64,000 nucleotides of DNA from Pirellula sp. (GCA_046318275.1 JBKCUW010000002.1:897-64896); one strand, 5' to 3'; numbered from the stretch's first letter, positions 40,710-51,600 are shown. Program-made: numbers and translations. Notes: generated from the letters alone by a model not told the origin.

Positions 40710-43534
40710 TGTTTCGATTCGTAGGAAATTTTCCAATTATCGTGTTCGTCACTCGGTTTTCATGCTCGGTTGTGTTGCATGTTGCATTGGGGCTAATCAC
40801 TGCATCAAGCCTGTATGCAGAAGTGAAGTCAGTGTCGCTTGCGGAATCGTACTCGAGGTTCGCGGTTCAGCCTGAGACGGGCGTCATTGCGGCTCTTCAT
40901 CGGCGAGATCAGGAAGTGCATTTTTTCCGTCGGTCCGATCTAGAAGTAGGTTTGGTACGACCTGTTTCAAAAGTTCAGTTGCCTGATAAACCGTCTCAAG
41001 TCGTTTATAAGAATTATGGGCAGCGGAGGCTATTCGCGATTGCCTGCGAATCAGGGGCCGAACTCCATTTGATCGATGCCACACGTAGCGATGAGTTTTC
41101 GGTATTGGCTTCGATCCGACTCAAGGCGAGTTGTTGTGTTCATCTCGCGACATCCTTGAGCACCAAGGATCCGTTTATCTACTGCACCACGAGAGATTCG
41201 CGAGAGCCCTCAACAGAAATAGTCAGTGTCAAGGACTTCATAAGCCACGGTGACCTTCCTGGGCACGCGTATGCGTGCACACCATCTCCTACTGGCAGAA
41301 CTCTATATCTACTGGAAAACCCTCGCTCTATTCGGGTATCCTCCCGGCTTTCCAAGTTCAGCGAGGATTTGCAACGATTCTCTTACGTCCATTCGGTCGC
41401 CGTAGCGAAGCCGCAACTATGCCTCGATCCCTTCGAGGAACTAGCCTTCGTCGGAAGCGATATCTACAGTACGGAGCTCGTTAAGAAAAACGATGCTTTG
41501 CCGATCTCTCCGAGCGTCTATCTCGGTAATGAACCATTTGTGATCGGCTACGAGGAAGTGGAGCTCGATCCATTGGCCGGCGCGGGAGTGCAAGCCAGAA
41601 GTACTTTCGGGAATCGTGATGGCAAAGAGAAGGCTATCAGGATCTTGGCATGCTCGACGCGCACCTTGAGTCCGGTAGGGAAGGAGATCGTGATCAATTA
41701 CAACGTAAAACGGGATCCTACCCTACCCGTGGATTCGGTTCCTAGCGATTCGATTTCTGCGGATTCGGTACCGGCCCAACGCGGCTTTACCAAGGCTCCC
41801 GAGGCTCCGTTGCCACAATTGCTCGTGATTCCGACGCAGCGACTGCTGGTACTCGCTGATTCCGATTCATTTCACCTCATACCTTGGGACGAATTAGAGT
41901 TGCCTGAGGTGCCTCGCTTGTCTTTGAGGCCTACTGATGCATCGGTATTGACTGTTGGGACCGAGGCTGACATGACTTTGGAGACCATCGATTCTCGCGC
42001 CCGTGTGACAGAGGTTTCGACTCCGTCGGGAGTAAGCCAAGACGGAAATCGTGTTCGATGGACCCCATCTCGAGAGCAATTGGGATCGCAAATTCTTTCC
42101 GCTACGATCACCGATGGAATCGAAAGTGATGTTAAGCAAGTAGATGTGTTTGTCGCTTCGCGGCATTTGAGTCTACCTTTCACGCCTGGAGGTTTTGAGA
42201 TCGACGATGCCAATCAACAAGTCCTGATATGGGATACACCGAATCGAGATGCATCATTGAACCAGCAAAGACGGCTCGCATTGATCGATCTAAATTCCAT
42301 GCGAATTGTCGCTGAGAGGAATCTCAGTCGCTATGCAGCTGCTGCTGCATTTTCCAAGTCTCGGATTGCTGTCGTCCCCGCTTCCGAAAACATGAACCAA
42401 TGTTATTTCTTGGAAAGATCAAATCTGAATTTCGTAAAGGAATCGACGTTTTCTAGTCCGATCAAGTACATCGGTTCCGGAGGTGATGTTTTCCTAGTCC
42501 AAGATAGCTCTGGGTTGCATGTATTCCCCGAAGGGACATTGAAATCGGTGGCAGCGGGCCAAGTCTCCTTTCAGAAGTACCAAAGCTGGGAAGGGCAGCT
42601 TTGGACATCGTTCGGGTATCTAACTCAAGGGTTTCTTTATGGTTTTGACGGGGAAAAGAAACTGCTCATTGCGCCGGAGAGGTTGTTTGATATCGATGAG
42701 AGCCAGCCGAGTATTCCGAGTATGCTGATCGCTAAGTCCAAGCCGGTTCTCAGTGAATCGAGTCGAAACGCTGGCAAATCCAGAAGCCGGAACCAAGACC
42801 TCTTGGTATACGACATTCCAGGCACTCGTGAGAAAATTAAGTTCGAGGTACAGTCGTTACCAGGCGACATGGCTACAGGAAAACATGCCACTCGGAAATT
42901 GTTTCTCCAAACCCCTAAATCTAGTAAGCCCGAGTTGCTGGATGTGGTTCCTCAACCGAGTTTTGTTAGTTCGCCAAGCAATGAGAGCTTGGGGCTGTTC
43001 ACTGGAACACAGCGTGGCCTATGGTGTTATTTTGGGAGGAACTTGTATAAAAAAGATCTGACCCTGCCTCCCAAAAAATCCGACGCAGTGTTCGTGATTT
43101 CTCCCAAGCAGTCTCATTTCTTGATTGCAACTGACCAAAAAAGCGAGCTCCATCATGAGGTCCTTAACGGCCGGGGACGAACCAAGTTCTCGCTTGCGTC
43201 AGATCGTATTCCTATGTCCATCGAAGCTGATACGGGGGTTGTCACTTTGGATCCGGAGGCTTTCGTCCCCTATGCAAATCGGAAGCTCGCTGCCTATTTG
43301 AAGAATAACGTTCGTGGCAGCGGGATCGCAATCGAAGTTACAAGCTATCAAAGGCGCGTACGCGAGCACACACGCCATTTTATAGGACGCTACTCGGAGA
43401 AGCTTCCCGTTACTCTCCCCATCGAGATTTCCGCAAGCGATAGCGCAGGCTCTCAATCGAATTTGCGCTATCACGTCATCGTAGAATTAAATCCAGCGGA
43501 CGTGATTGCTGAATTGGAGGAAATGCTCAACTGA
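40709..43534 (+). CDS. secreted protein with extra N-terminal propeller + putative Ig domain, paralog 3
   Basis: TG-A-TG overlap with paralog 2. He_PIG-like PSGV..RWTPS..G segment. C-terminal half is homologous to paralogs 1 and 2. Confidence 0.7.
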   Translation: MFRFVGNFPIIVFVTRFSCSVVLHVALGLITASSLYAEVKSVSLAESYSRFAVQPETGVIAALHRRDQEVHFFRRSDLEVGLVRPVSKVQLPDKPSQVVYKNYGQRRLFAIACESGAELHLIDATRSDEFSVLASIRLKASCCVHLATSLSTKDPFIYCTTRDSREPSTEIVSVKDFISHGDLPGHAYACTPSPTGRTLYLLENPRSIRVSSRLSKFSEDLQRFSYVHSVAVAKPQLCLDPFEELAFVGSDIYSTELVKKNDALPISPSVYLGNEPFVIGYEEVELDPLAGAGVQARSTFGNRDGKEKAIRILACSTRTLSPVGKEIVINYNVKRDPTLPVDSVPSDSISADSVPAQRGFTKAPEAPLPQLLVIPTQRLLVLADSDSFHLIPWDELELPEVPRLSLRPTDASVLTVGTEADMTLETIDSRARVTEVSTPSGVSQDGNRVRWTPSREQLGSQILSATITDGIESDVKQVDVFVASRHLSLPFTPGGFEIDDANQQVLIWDTPNRDASLNQQRRLALIDLNSMRIVAERNLSRYAAAAAFSKSRIAVVPASENMNQCYFLERSNLNFVKESTFSSPIKYIGSGGDVFLVQDSSGLHVFPEGTLKSVAAGQVSFQKYQSWEGQLWTSFGYLTQGFLYGFDGEKKLLIAPERLFDIDESQPSIPSMLIAKSKPVLSESSRNAGKSRSRNQDLLVYDIPGTREKIKFEVQSLPGDMATGKHATRKLFLQTPKSSKPELLDVVPQPSFVSSPSNESLGLFTGTQRGLWCYFGRNLYKKDLTLPPKKSDAVFVISPKQSHFLIATDQKSELHHEVLNGRGRTKFSLASDRIPMSIEADTGVVTLDPEAFVPYANRKLAAYLKNNVRGSGIAIEVTSYQRRVREHTRHFIGRYSEKLPVTLPIEISASDSAGSQSNLRYHVIVELNPADVIAELEEMLN

Positions 43535-43558
43535 GTAGGGGCAAGTCTCACCAATGGT

Positions 43559-44794
43559 CTACAGATTGCCTGTTTTGAGAAACTCATGCCGAACGGGAGC
43601 CGTGACCTTTTTTCCTGCCGTCGAAACAAAGGTTACTTGTCCTGGGGAGAACTCGAGTGTCTTCACCATTTCAAATCCCTCAGGGACTTTAACCACACCC
43701 TGAATGTAGTTCACAGTCGTCGGTTTATCGCTTTTCAATTCGACGGCGGTTGGAACTCCTTCTTTGCTCAAGATGTTATCTTCCATCGACGCTTTCAATC
43801 CATCGGCGAAGTGGGCCGTCACATCCTCAAGGCCCAAGCAATTATTGCGACCGTTCCAAGGATGTCCGTGCCGACCGTGGTTTTCGATCCAAAACACGGT
43901 CGTGCTCAAAACCGCTGGATCCTTTAGGGAAAACCAGACATAGTTGGAGTCGGTAAACGTTGCTGTCATCCACGCAGGGCCGTTGGTTTTCTCCCAGGGT
44001 TCATTGACGAGTTGGATCAGGTCCGCGAATCCTTGTCGGGCGGGCAGTTTGGTAAGGTCTGCATCCGCTTCACCCTTCCATGCGACGGGAACTTTTTCGA
44101 GCGAAGTCCATTTTGAATTGGGCAGGAGGGATTGGTACTCGCGTTGTTTTGGGTCGCTAAAAGTTCCTGGATAGGTCATTCCAAATCGGAACGGACTGGC
44201 TGCCAGTCGCACTGTTTCAATCTGATCTGGCATGGCTAGGGTTGCGTGATGGCCCAAGGGAACCCGTCCTGCGAAACCTTCGATCGTGTGCTTGGTATAA
44301 ACCACATTTTGGGAATCGACCAACGAAAGTTCCTTGGTTACTCGGCCCCGGCGGATCTTGGTGTCGATGGCCATCGTCAAGGTCGTGACATCCCCAGCTT
44401 TCTTCGTGCCGAGCGGTTTCCATTTAGCACCAGCGATCTCACCGTGTGGCGGATGCTTTTCGCCAGAAACTTCATCCGAGTTACCGCCGAAGGGCATGCA
44501 AAAGAAGTCGCCGCGTAGGGGAACCAAAACAGGTACTGGCATCTCCGATGGCTTCTCGTCTTGCCAAGGACTTACGTAGTACGGTTTCAGGGGTTTGTCC
44601 GAATCGCGGTAGAAGGTGACGGGAGCCATGTGGCCCCCATTCTCAGTCACTGCGACTTCGACTTGTTTGTTACCGATGACATAGCACGGTTGTTGGTGCT
44701 GATTCCTGAGGATCACATCCTCTGCATATCCAGAAGTCGTGAACACAGAAAGCAGTCCGATCGCAAGGAGTCGTGTTGGAGATGATATCTTCAT
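43559..44794 (-). CDS. secreted hypothetical protein, possible galactose-mutarotase-like fold
   Basis: Signal peptide, RGDFFCMPFG, HPPHG, GHHA and LGLED motifs. Confidence 0.6.
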   Translation of the reverse strand: MKISSPTRLLAIGLLSVFTTSGYAEDVILRNQHQQPCYVIGNKQVEVAVTENGGHMAPVTFYRDSDKPLKPYYVSPWQDEKPSEMPVPVLVPLRGDFFCMPFGGNSDEVSGEKHPPHGEIAGAKWKPLGTKKAGDVTTLTMAIDTKIRRGRVTKELSLVDSQNVVYTKHTIEGFAGRVPLGHHATLAMPDQIETVRLAASPFRFGMTYPGTFSDPKQREYQSLLPNSKWTSLEKVPVAWKGEADADLTKLPARQGFADLIQLVNEPWEKTNGPAWMTATFTDSNYVWFSLKDPAVLSTTVFWIENHGRHGHPWNGRNNCLGLEDVTAHFADGLKASMEDNILSKEGVPTAVELKSDKPTTVNYIQGVVKVPEGFEMVKTLEFSPGQVTFVSTAGKKVTAPVRHEFLKTGNL

Positions 44795-44958
44795 AGAGAG
44801 GTTCCTCGGTTTGATGTGCGAGTTGTGAAACGCAAAGAGTGATGCGAAGTTTCAAGGTGTGCATGACATCGGGCTTGGGGCAGCAACGACCTAGGTTCAA
44901 CAGCAGCCAGTATAACCAACCTCCGGCCTCCCCGGGCTTTGGGTGAGCCGTAGGCGAT

Positions 44959-46719
44959 TCAGCGTTGGAGTCGTTTTCTCAATGCATCGACGTCGAGGCA
45001 GTTTAGGACCTGCGAGGCTGAAATCCCTGCTCGACGGGCAACGGCGATTCCGTATTTCATCAGGCCCAAGTGAGATATGCTGTGGGCGTCGGTATTGATG
45101 ACCAGAGAGACACCCGCCTCGGCGGCGCTCATCGCGTGAATGTCGTTGAGATCGAGTCGCTCAGGGTGGGCATTGATCTCCAGGCATTTTTTGAATTCGC
45201 TCGCCGCTTGGATCACTGCAGCCATATCGACTTCATAGGCAGCCCGGCGCGAAATCAATCGACCCGTAGGGTGAGATATCGAGTGCACATTTGAATTTTT
45301 GAGCGCTCCTACGATCCGATCGGTGATTTGCTCTCGTGTTTGTTTCTGTCCGAAATGGATGCTAGCCGTGACCCAATCGGCCTGCTCGAGGACTTCATCG
45401 GGAAGATCGAGTTCGCCATCCTCGAGGATATCGCACTCGATTCCTTTGAGAATCCAAAAGCCTCGGCCTTGTTGTGAGGAATTGCTGTGCTGTTGATTGA
45501 TCGCATCGATTTCCTTCCACTGTGCGAGCAATCGCTCTGAATCGAGTCCCCTCGCGACGCTCACCCGTTTGGAGTGATCGGTGATCGCAATGTAGGAGTA
45601 ACCAAGGGCTTTTGCGGCTGATACCATCTCCTCGATGGTATTCTCGCCGTCGGTCGCAACCGTATGCATATGCAGATCGCCGTGGATTTGTTCCAAGCGT
45701 AGCAGCGAGGCGATTCTGTGCTCAATATCAGCATCAAACTCAAAACGGTTTTCCCGTAATTCGGGAGGGATCCAGGGTAAACCGACGAGGTGATAGATTT
45801 CAGATTCCTCCGCTCCAGCGATTTTCTTCGACTCATCCTCTGCGTCGAAGATCCCGTATTCATTGATTTTGAACCCTTTGGCTTTGGCCATGGATCGGAT
45901 CCGTACATTGTGTTCCTTGCTACCGGTGAAGTATTGAAGAGCCGCCCCCCAGGATTCGGGACCGACAACTCGAAGGTCGACTTGGAACGAGTCGGACACA
46001 CGAACGCTCATCTTCGTATCGCCTCGCAAAAGCACCTCTTTGACAGCCGGAAAACTCGCAAATCGCTCCATGATCACGTCCGGGGAATCGCTGGTGACCA
46101 AGATATCTAAATCGCCGATCGATTCTTTCCCGCGCCGGTAACTTCCGGCAAACTCGATCCGCTGCAATTCAGCACACGATTCAAAGTGGGTTCGCAATTT
46201 CGTTACTAATGCATCTGCTGCGTCGATCGACAGACGCTGGGCTGCTTTCTCGACAATGCTGAGGTTTTGAAGGATGGATTGTTGAGTCTTCTCGCCGAAG
46301 CCCTTGATCGATGCGATGACCCCTTGTTCGCAAGCTTGCCGGAGACCTTGTAAATCCTTGACCCCGAGTTCCTGGAAAAGCTTCATGGCTTTTTTTGCAC
46401 CAAGACCAGGTACCCTCATGATATCGCGAAGGCTGGGAGGGACCTCTTCGCGTAGTTTTTCCAGTTGCGGCAGTACCCCTGTTTCAAGGATCACCTTCGA
46501 CTTTTCCGCAAGGGTGGAACCGATCCCTTCGATTTCGGTCAAGTCATGGCCTGAGGCGATCAAGTCGGACAATTGCTGGGATAGGTTGGCGATCGCAGCA
46601 GCACCGGTTCGATACGCGCGGACGCGAAACATGTTTTCACCGGATAGCTCCAGAAGGTCAGCCATTTCCTCGAATATTTTTACCAGATCGTCATTGCTGA
46701 CACGGTTGATTGGGTTCAT
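44959..46719 (-). CDS. polX: DNA polymerase X / PHP 3'-5' exonuclease
   Basis: FRVRAY, HhH motifs GIG/GLG, GSYRR, GDLD, VDLR and YFTGSKEHN. PHP motifs DLHMH, TDHS, HPTGR and NTDAH. Confidence 0.95.
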   Translation of the reverse strand: MNPINRVSNDDLVKIFEEMADLLELSGENMFRVRAYRTGAAAIANLSQQLSDLIASGHDLTEIEGIGSTLAEKSKVILETGVLPQLEKLREEVPPSLRDIMRVPGLGAKKAMKLFQELGVKDLQGLRQACEQGVIASIKGFGEKTQQSILQNLSIVEKAAQRLSIDAADALVTKLRTHFESCAELQRIEFAGSYRRGKESIGDLDILVTSDSPDVIMERFASFPAVKEVLLRGDTKMSVRVSDSFQVDLRVVGPESWGAALQYFTGSKEHNVRIRSMAKAKGFKINEYGIFDAEDESKKIAGAEESEIYHLVGLPWIPPELRENRFEFDADIEHRIASLLRLEQIHGDLHMHTVATDGENTIEEMVSAAKALGYSYIAITDHSKRVSVARGLDSERLLAQWKEIDAINQQHSNSSQQGRGFWILKGIECDILEDGELDLPDEVLEQADWVTASIHFGQKQTREQITDRIVGALKNSNVHSISHPTGRLISRRAAYEVDMAAVIQAASEFKKCLEINAHPERLDLNDIHAMSAAEAGVSLVINTDAHSISHLGLMKYGIAVARRAGISASQVLNCLDVDALRKRLQR

Positions 46720-47996
46720 GGCGATTGCTTTCGATTGCCGGACGAGGATGCGGATTCATCAAAGATCAGACTCATACGATCGATCCAGTGGCGTAGGCCG
46801 TGGCGTTCCTCCACATACGATTTAGCGAGTTGGGCTTTGGCGAGCCAAGCGTCTTCTCGGGCAAACCGATCGTGGATAGCAGCGCATAAGGCTTCGGGAT
46901 CGGCGATCGGAACTCTGGTCCCGAGATCGATCGAACGCAGCAATTCACCGGGGCCCTGTTCAGTATCACTGGTGAGCACTGGCACACCGCATGCCATCGC
47001 TTCAAGAAGTGCGTTGGGGAGGCCTTCATAGATTGATGGCATCACGAACAAGTCAGCGTTTTGCATCATCGCGTAGGGGTTCGTGACATGCCCATGAAGT
47101 ACTACGTAGTTTTGTAGTCCGAGGCGATCGATCTGTTGCTTCAGTGCTTCACGCAACGGACCGTCTCCGGCAATGTGAAGCTGAATGTCTGGTAAGCCTT
47201 GGTCGAAATCGGATGTACCAGTGCGAGTGGCTGCCTCTGATCTCGAAGTTTCGGCACTTTGCGTCGCAATCCGAGTCCTAGCCATTTCCCGGCGGAGGTA
47301 ATACCGCCCTATGGCATCAATCAGGAAAGTGTGGCCTTTCTCGTCACTTAGCCGGCCAACTGCGAGGATATGTTTTCGAGATAAGTCCCAAGGGCCTGAT
47401 TCGATAGGTTCTGTAGCGAGTCGGCTGATACGATGGTTGTCGATGGGGCTGGGGACGACTTCGAATTGCTCTCTAGGAATCGCGTAATACTCCGATGCAG
47501 CATCGGCTGTTCCGGCGGATACGGTCAGGAGTTTGGTAGCCGTCGAATAAGCCTTCGCCAGAGCCCGACGCTTCCACCATCGCCATCTTTTTTCACTTCT
47601 TTCAAGGTCGAATTGGGGAGGTGAAACAATGGTCGAAATGCGAGGGATGCGTGCGCGGTGCGTGGCAGGACCTGCGATGAGCGTCATGTGGAATAATCGG
47701 TCATACACAACATCCATCTTCTCACGGGTGAGAATGTTTGCGAGATGGGCAATTTGCATGGCATGGATCCGCCCGGGCCAATTCCATTTCGGCGGGCGGT
47801 GGTTGTCCCAAAAAGAAATCACTCGCACATCGGAGGGGACTTCCGTCAAAAGCGAGCCCGTGCGGTAAACCAAATAGAGCATCGGCTCGAATCGCGCTCT
47901 GTCCAAACCCTGCAACAGATACAACAATTGCCGTTCACTACCCCCTGCTTCCATGCTTGAGGAGCAGAGCAAAATTCGAGTTCGGCGATTGGTCAT
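46716..47996 (-). CDS. GT4-family glycosyltransferase
   Basis: GGSERQL, VGRLSDEKG and EGLPNALLEAMACG. 4-bp overlap with polX. Confidence 0.9.
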   Translation of the reverse strand: MTNRRTRILLCSSSMEAGGSERQLLYLLQGLDRARFEPMLYLVYRTGSLLTEVPSDVRVISFWDNHRPPKWNWPGRIHAMQIAHLANILTREKMDVVYDRLFHMTLIAGPATHRARIPRISTIVSPPQFDLERSEKRWRWWKRRALAKAYSTATKLLTVSAGTADAASEYYAIPREQFEVVPSPIDNHRISRLATEPIESGPWDLSRKHILAVGRLSDEKGHTFLIDAIGRYYLRREMARTRIATQSAETSRSEAATRTGTSDFDQGLPDIQLHIAGDGPLREALKQQIDRLGLQNYVVLHGHVTNPYAMMQNADLFVMPSIYEGLPNALLEAMACGVPVLTSDTEQGPGELLRSIDLGTRVPIADPEALCAAIHDRFAREDAWLAKAQLAKSYVEERHGLRHWIDRMSLIFDESASSSGNRKQSP

Positions 47997-48013
47997 AGAC
48001 GAAGGCTAAAAAA

Positions 48014-48379
48014 ATGGAAGTGATTCAACGGGATGATTGTACTGCATTTGTCACCAAGGACGGATCGGTGATTCGCGAACTGCTCGCGCATCGCAATTCG
48101 TCGATACGCAACCAGAGTTTGGCCGAGGCCATTGTCGGACCTGGAATTCGAACAGCGGCTCACTTTCACCCGAAGACAGAAGAAATTTATTATGTCCTGT
48201 CGGGGATTGGAATGATGCACCTAGGAGATGAATCGAGGGAAGTTGGTCCAGGGGATGCGATAGCTATCCCTCCTGGAACCATTCACTGGATCGAAAACCC
48301 AGGGGCACAGCCATTGGTTTTTCTGTGCGCGTGTTCCCCCTCGTACGAGCATGAGGATACCGTGATGGTCGATGGATAA
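48014..48379 (+). CDS. cupin-domain protein
   Basis: HFHPKTEEIYY and GDAIAIPPGTIH cupin motifs. Confidence 0.88.
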   Translation: MEVIQRDDCTAFVTKDGSVIRELLAHRNSSIRNQSLAEAIVGPGIRTAAHFHPKTEEIYYVLSGIGMMHLGDESREVGPGDAIAIPPGTIHWIENPGAQPLVFLCACSPSYEHEDTVMVDG

Positions 48380-48386
48380 ATGGGTC

Positions 48387-48490
48387 ACGCTGGCACGGTG
48401 GAACGCTGGCACGGTGGAACGCTGGCACGGTGGAACGGTTGCACGGTGGAACGCTGGCACGGTTGCACGGTTGCAAAGTGGCAAAGTGGA
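48387..48490. repeat. 13-unit degenerate 8-bp tandem array (ACGCTGGC/ACGGTGGA/ACGGTTGC/AAAGTGGM)
   Basis: Parsed directly into 13 consecutive octamers, with a 16-bp higher-order period in the first half. Confidence 0.92.
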
Positions 48491-48647
48491 TTCGTCGCAT
48501 TGCCGAAAGGGTATGCATTGGGAGTGCGGAAATAAAATCGTTGGTAAAACGAGACTGAATTCCCTTTGTGTGGAGTTCGTGTGCATGAGCTATAATGTTA
48601 GGGCGTGATGACCCGCTCCCGAATTCATCCCCCCTCCTGCCCCACCT

Positions 48648-51600
48648 ATGAAATCTCGATTCCTGCCAAGATCTGTGGTGATACAGCGATTGCAATCTGT
48701 GGTAATGCAAAGAATGCTGCCGATTGTTTGGATTCTGCTCAACGCCAGCACCGTCGGCGCGTGGCAAGCGAACCAAGTGCAGGGCAAGGTTGATTTTCAG
48801 ACCGAGATTCGTCCTATCCTGTCGAATCGTTGTTTCGCGTGCCACGGTCCGGACGAAAATACCGTCGAGGCTGGATTGCGTTTGGACAGTTTCGACAGCG
48901 CCATTTCCAAGGCCGATTCGGGGCGACCTGCGATTGTTCCAGGGGATGTTAATGAGTCGGAATTGTTGCGTCGAGTTTCGTCCCAAGACGATGAAGTACG
49001 AATGCCTCCGCCACACTTCGGCGAGCGGCTAACCGCTCGCGAGACGGAGTTGCTCCAACGATGGATTGCTTCAGGCGCGGCCTACGCAAAGCACTGGTCG
49101 TACGAAACACCCAGGTTGCCCGCGGTTGAGGCCCAGGTTTCCGATTGGGAGTCCCGATTTCCCGAATGGCACGGATCCGTCATCGATCGATTGGTTTTGC
49201 GCAAATTGGCGGAAAAAGGTTGGGAGCCGGCTCCGCGCGCGAATAAGGCTACGCTGCTGCGACGAGTCACCTTGGATTTAACTGGATTGCCTCCGACGCT
49301 CGATGAGCAGATGGCTTTTGTGAACAATCCCTCCCCGCACGCTTACGAAGAATTGGTCGATCGATTGCTCGCATCACCGGCGTATGGAGAGCATTGGGGT
49401 AGGCGTTGGCTGGATATGGCCCGTTACGCCGATTCCGCGGGCTATGCGGATGACCCACCTAGAACCATCTGGGCCTATCGAGATTGGGTTGTTCGCGCAT
49501 TCAATAGCAACATGCCATTCGATCAATTTACGATCGAACAATTGGCCGGGGATCTGTTGCCCAATCCCACTCCCGACCAACTGGTAGCTACCGCCTTCCA
49601 TCGAAACACGCTGACCAATAACGAAGGTGGAACGAACGACGAAGAGTTTCGAAATGTTGCAATCGTGGATCGAGTCAATACTACGATGGCGGTTTGGATG
49701 GGCGTGACAATGGCATGTGCCCAATGCCATAGTCACAAATACGATCCGATTTCTCAAAAAGAGTATTTCCAGGTCTTTGCAGTTTTGAATCAAAGCGAAG
49801 ATGCCGACCGTGGAGATGAGTCGCCCACCTATGCTTGGTTTTCTCCCGAGCAACGCAATCGACGCGAGGAACTTCAACGCGATCTGGAGAGGATTGAGAA
49901 GCAGATCGATCTCGCGGATCCAGGGTTGATAGCGGAGCAAAGGGAGTGGGAGGAAAAGTACAAGCGGCCCTTGGATTGGTTGGCGGTGACGCCTACTTCG
50001 ATCCAAACGAAATCGGGGGATCCTGGAACCATCCAGGAGCAAGGCCTCATACAGGTCGATTCCAAGTCGGAAAACGACACACTCACCCTTGATATCCCAT
50101 TGCCAAACGGGATTACGGCGGAAAACCTAACGGGGATCCGGATCGAATCAAGGCCCGATGCGACCTTGCCCAATCAAGGTGCCGGGAAGGGTGATGGGAA
50201 TTTTGTTCTGACCCATGTTTCGGCAAGCCTTTTTGATCCCAATGCGGCGAAAACTAGCGGTCAGTTCATTCGCATCGATTTGCCGGGCAAAGATCGGATC
50301 CTTTCCTTGGCGGAGGTTCAGGTTTTCTCGGGAACGGAAAACGTGGCTCCCCATGGCAAACCTACCCAAAGTTCCGAGATACTCGGCGGGGCGGCTCTTC
50401 GCGCCATCGATGGCAACACGTCAGGAAACTGGGCGGATAATTCCACGACTCATACGGCGATCAGCGAAGCCCCGTGGTGGGAACTCGATTTGGGTGAGAT
50501 GAAAGTTGTCGATTCAATTGCGGTATGGAATCGGACGGATAGTAACCTGCTCGATCGATTGTCGGGTGCCAAGATCGCGCTGCTCGACGCCAATCGCAAT
50601 GAAGTTTGGCAAACAACATTGACGAAAGCAGCCGCGGAGAATCGCTGGGCGATGCAAACGCAAAGCAATTGGACCCCACGTATCGCGAGTTCCGACTATT
50701 CGCAAAGTGGATTTCCAGCCTCCAACGCGATCGATTCCGATCCAAAGAGTGGTTGGGCTGTGGGCGGCTCGGTCAACATGCCGCACGCTATCAAGATTGC
50801 AGGCGGAATTGCGACGTCAAAGAACCCACCGGCCAGTGTGTCACCACCAACTCCCTCCGACCAAGGATCGGTTCCTGTAGGTGCCGAGAATAATGCTGGT
50901 AATACTTTGTCCGCTGTTGGAGAAACTGCCGCCAAAGTCGAGATTCTTCGCTTGAGGCTTGGGTTCGACTCGCCGCACAAGCGATTGGTTCTGGCTCGAT
51001 TCTCAGTAAGCCTGACGACGGATTCCCGCGCTGCAGACATGCTCGCTATTCCCAGTGAAATATTGAACATCGTTCGAAGCGACATGGTGGATTTGACCAG
51101 CGAGGGCGGAGGGCCGAAGAATACAGCGGCGGAAAATACAACGCCGGAGAAAACAGCACAGGGGAAAGCAGCACAGGAGAAAGCAGCACAGGAGAAAGCG
51201 CTGCTGCAGGACCGGCTGCATCAGTATTACGTACGCGTGATCACTCCAACTCGTGCCCCAATGCGGCATCAGCGGGACAAACTGCGGGCCGAGCTCGATG
51301 GATTGAAGCCGGTGACAACGGTTCCTGTGTTGAGGGAATTGGCCAAAGAAAAGAGGCGAGAGACACGAATCCAGCTGCGGGGGAATTATCGAGTGACCGG
51401 CGAATCGGTCGAGCCTGGGGTGCCAAAAGTCTTTTTGACGGGAGTATCTACCCCGGATAACAATTTGCCGATGTCACGGCTGGAATTGGCGCAATGGCTT
51501 GTCTCCGCGGATAATCCGCTTACTGCACGAGTGATCGCCAATCGGACTTGGGAATCCCTGTTTGGAGTTGGGATCGTGAGGACGAGTGAAGAGTTTGGCT

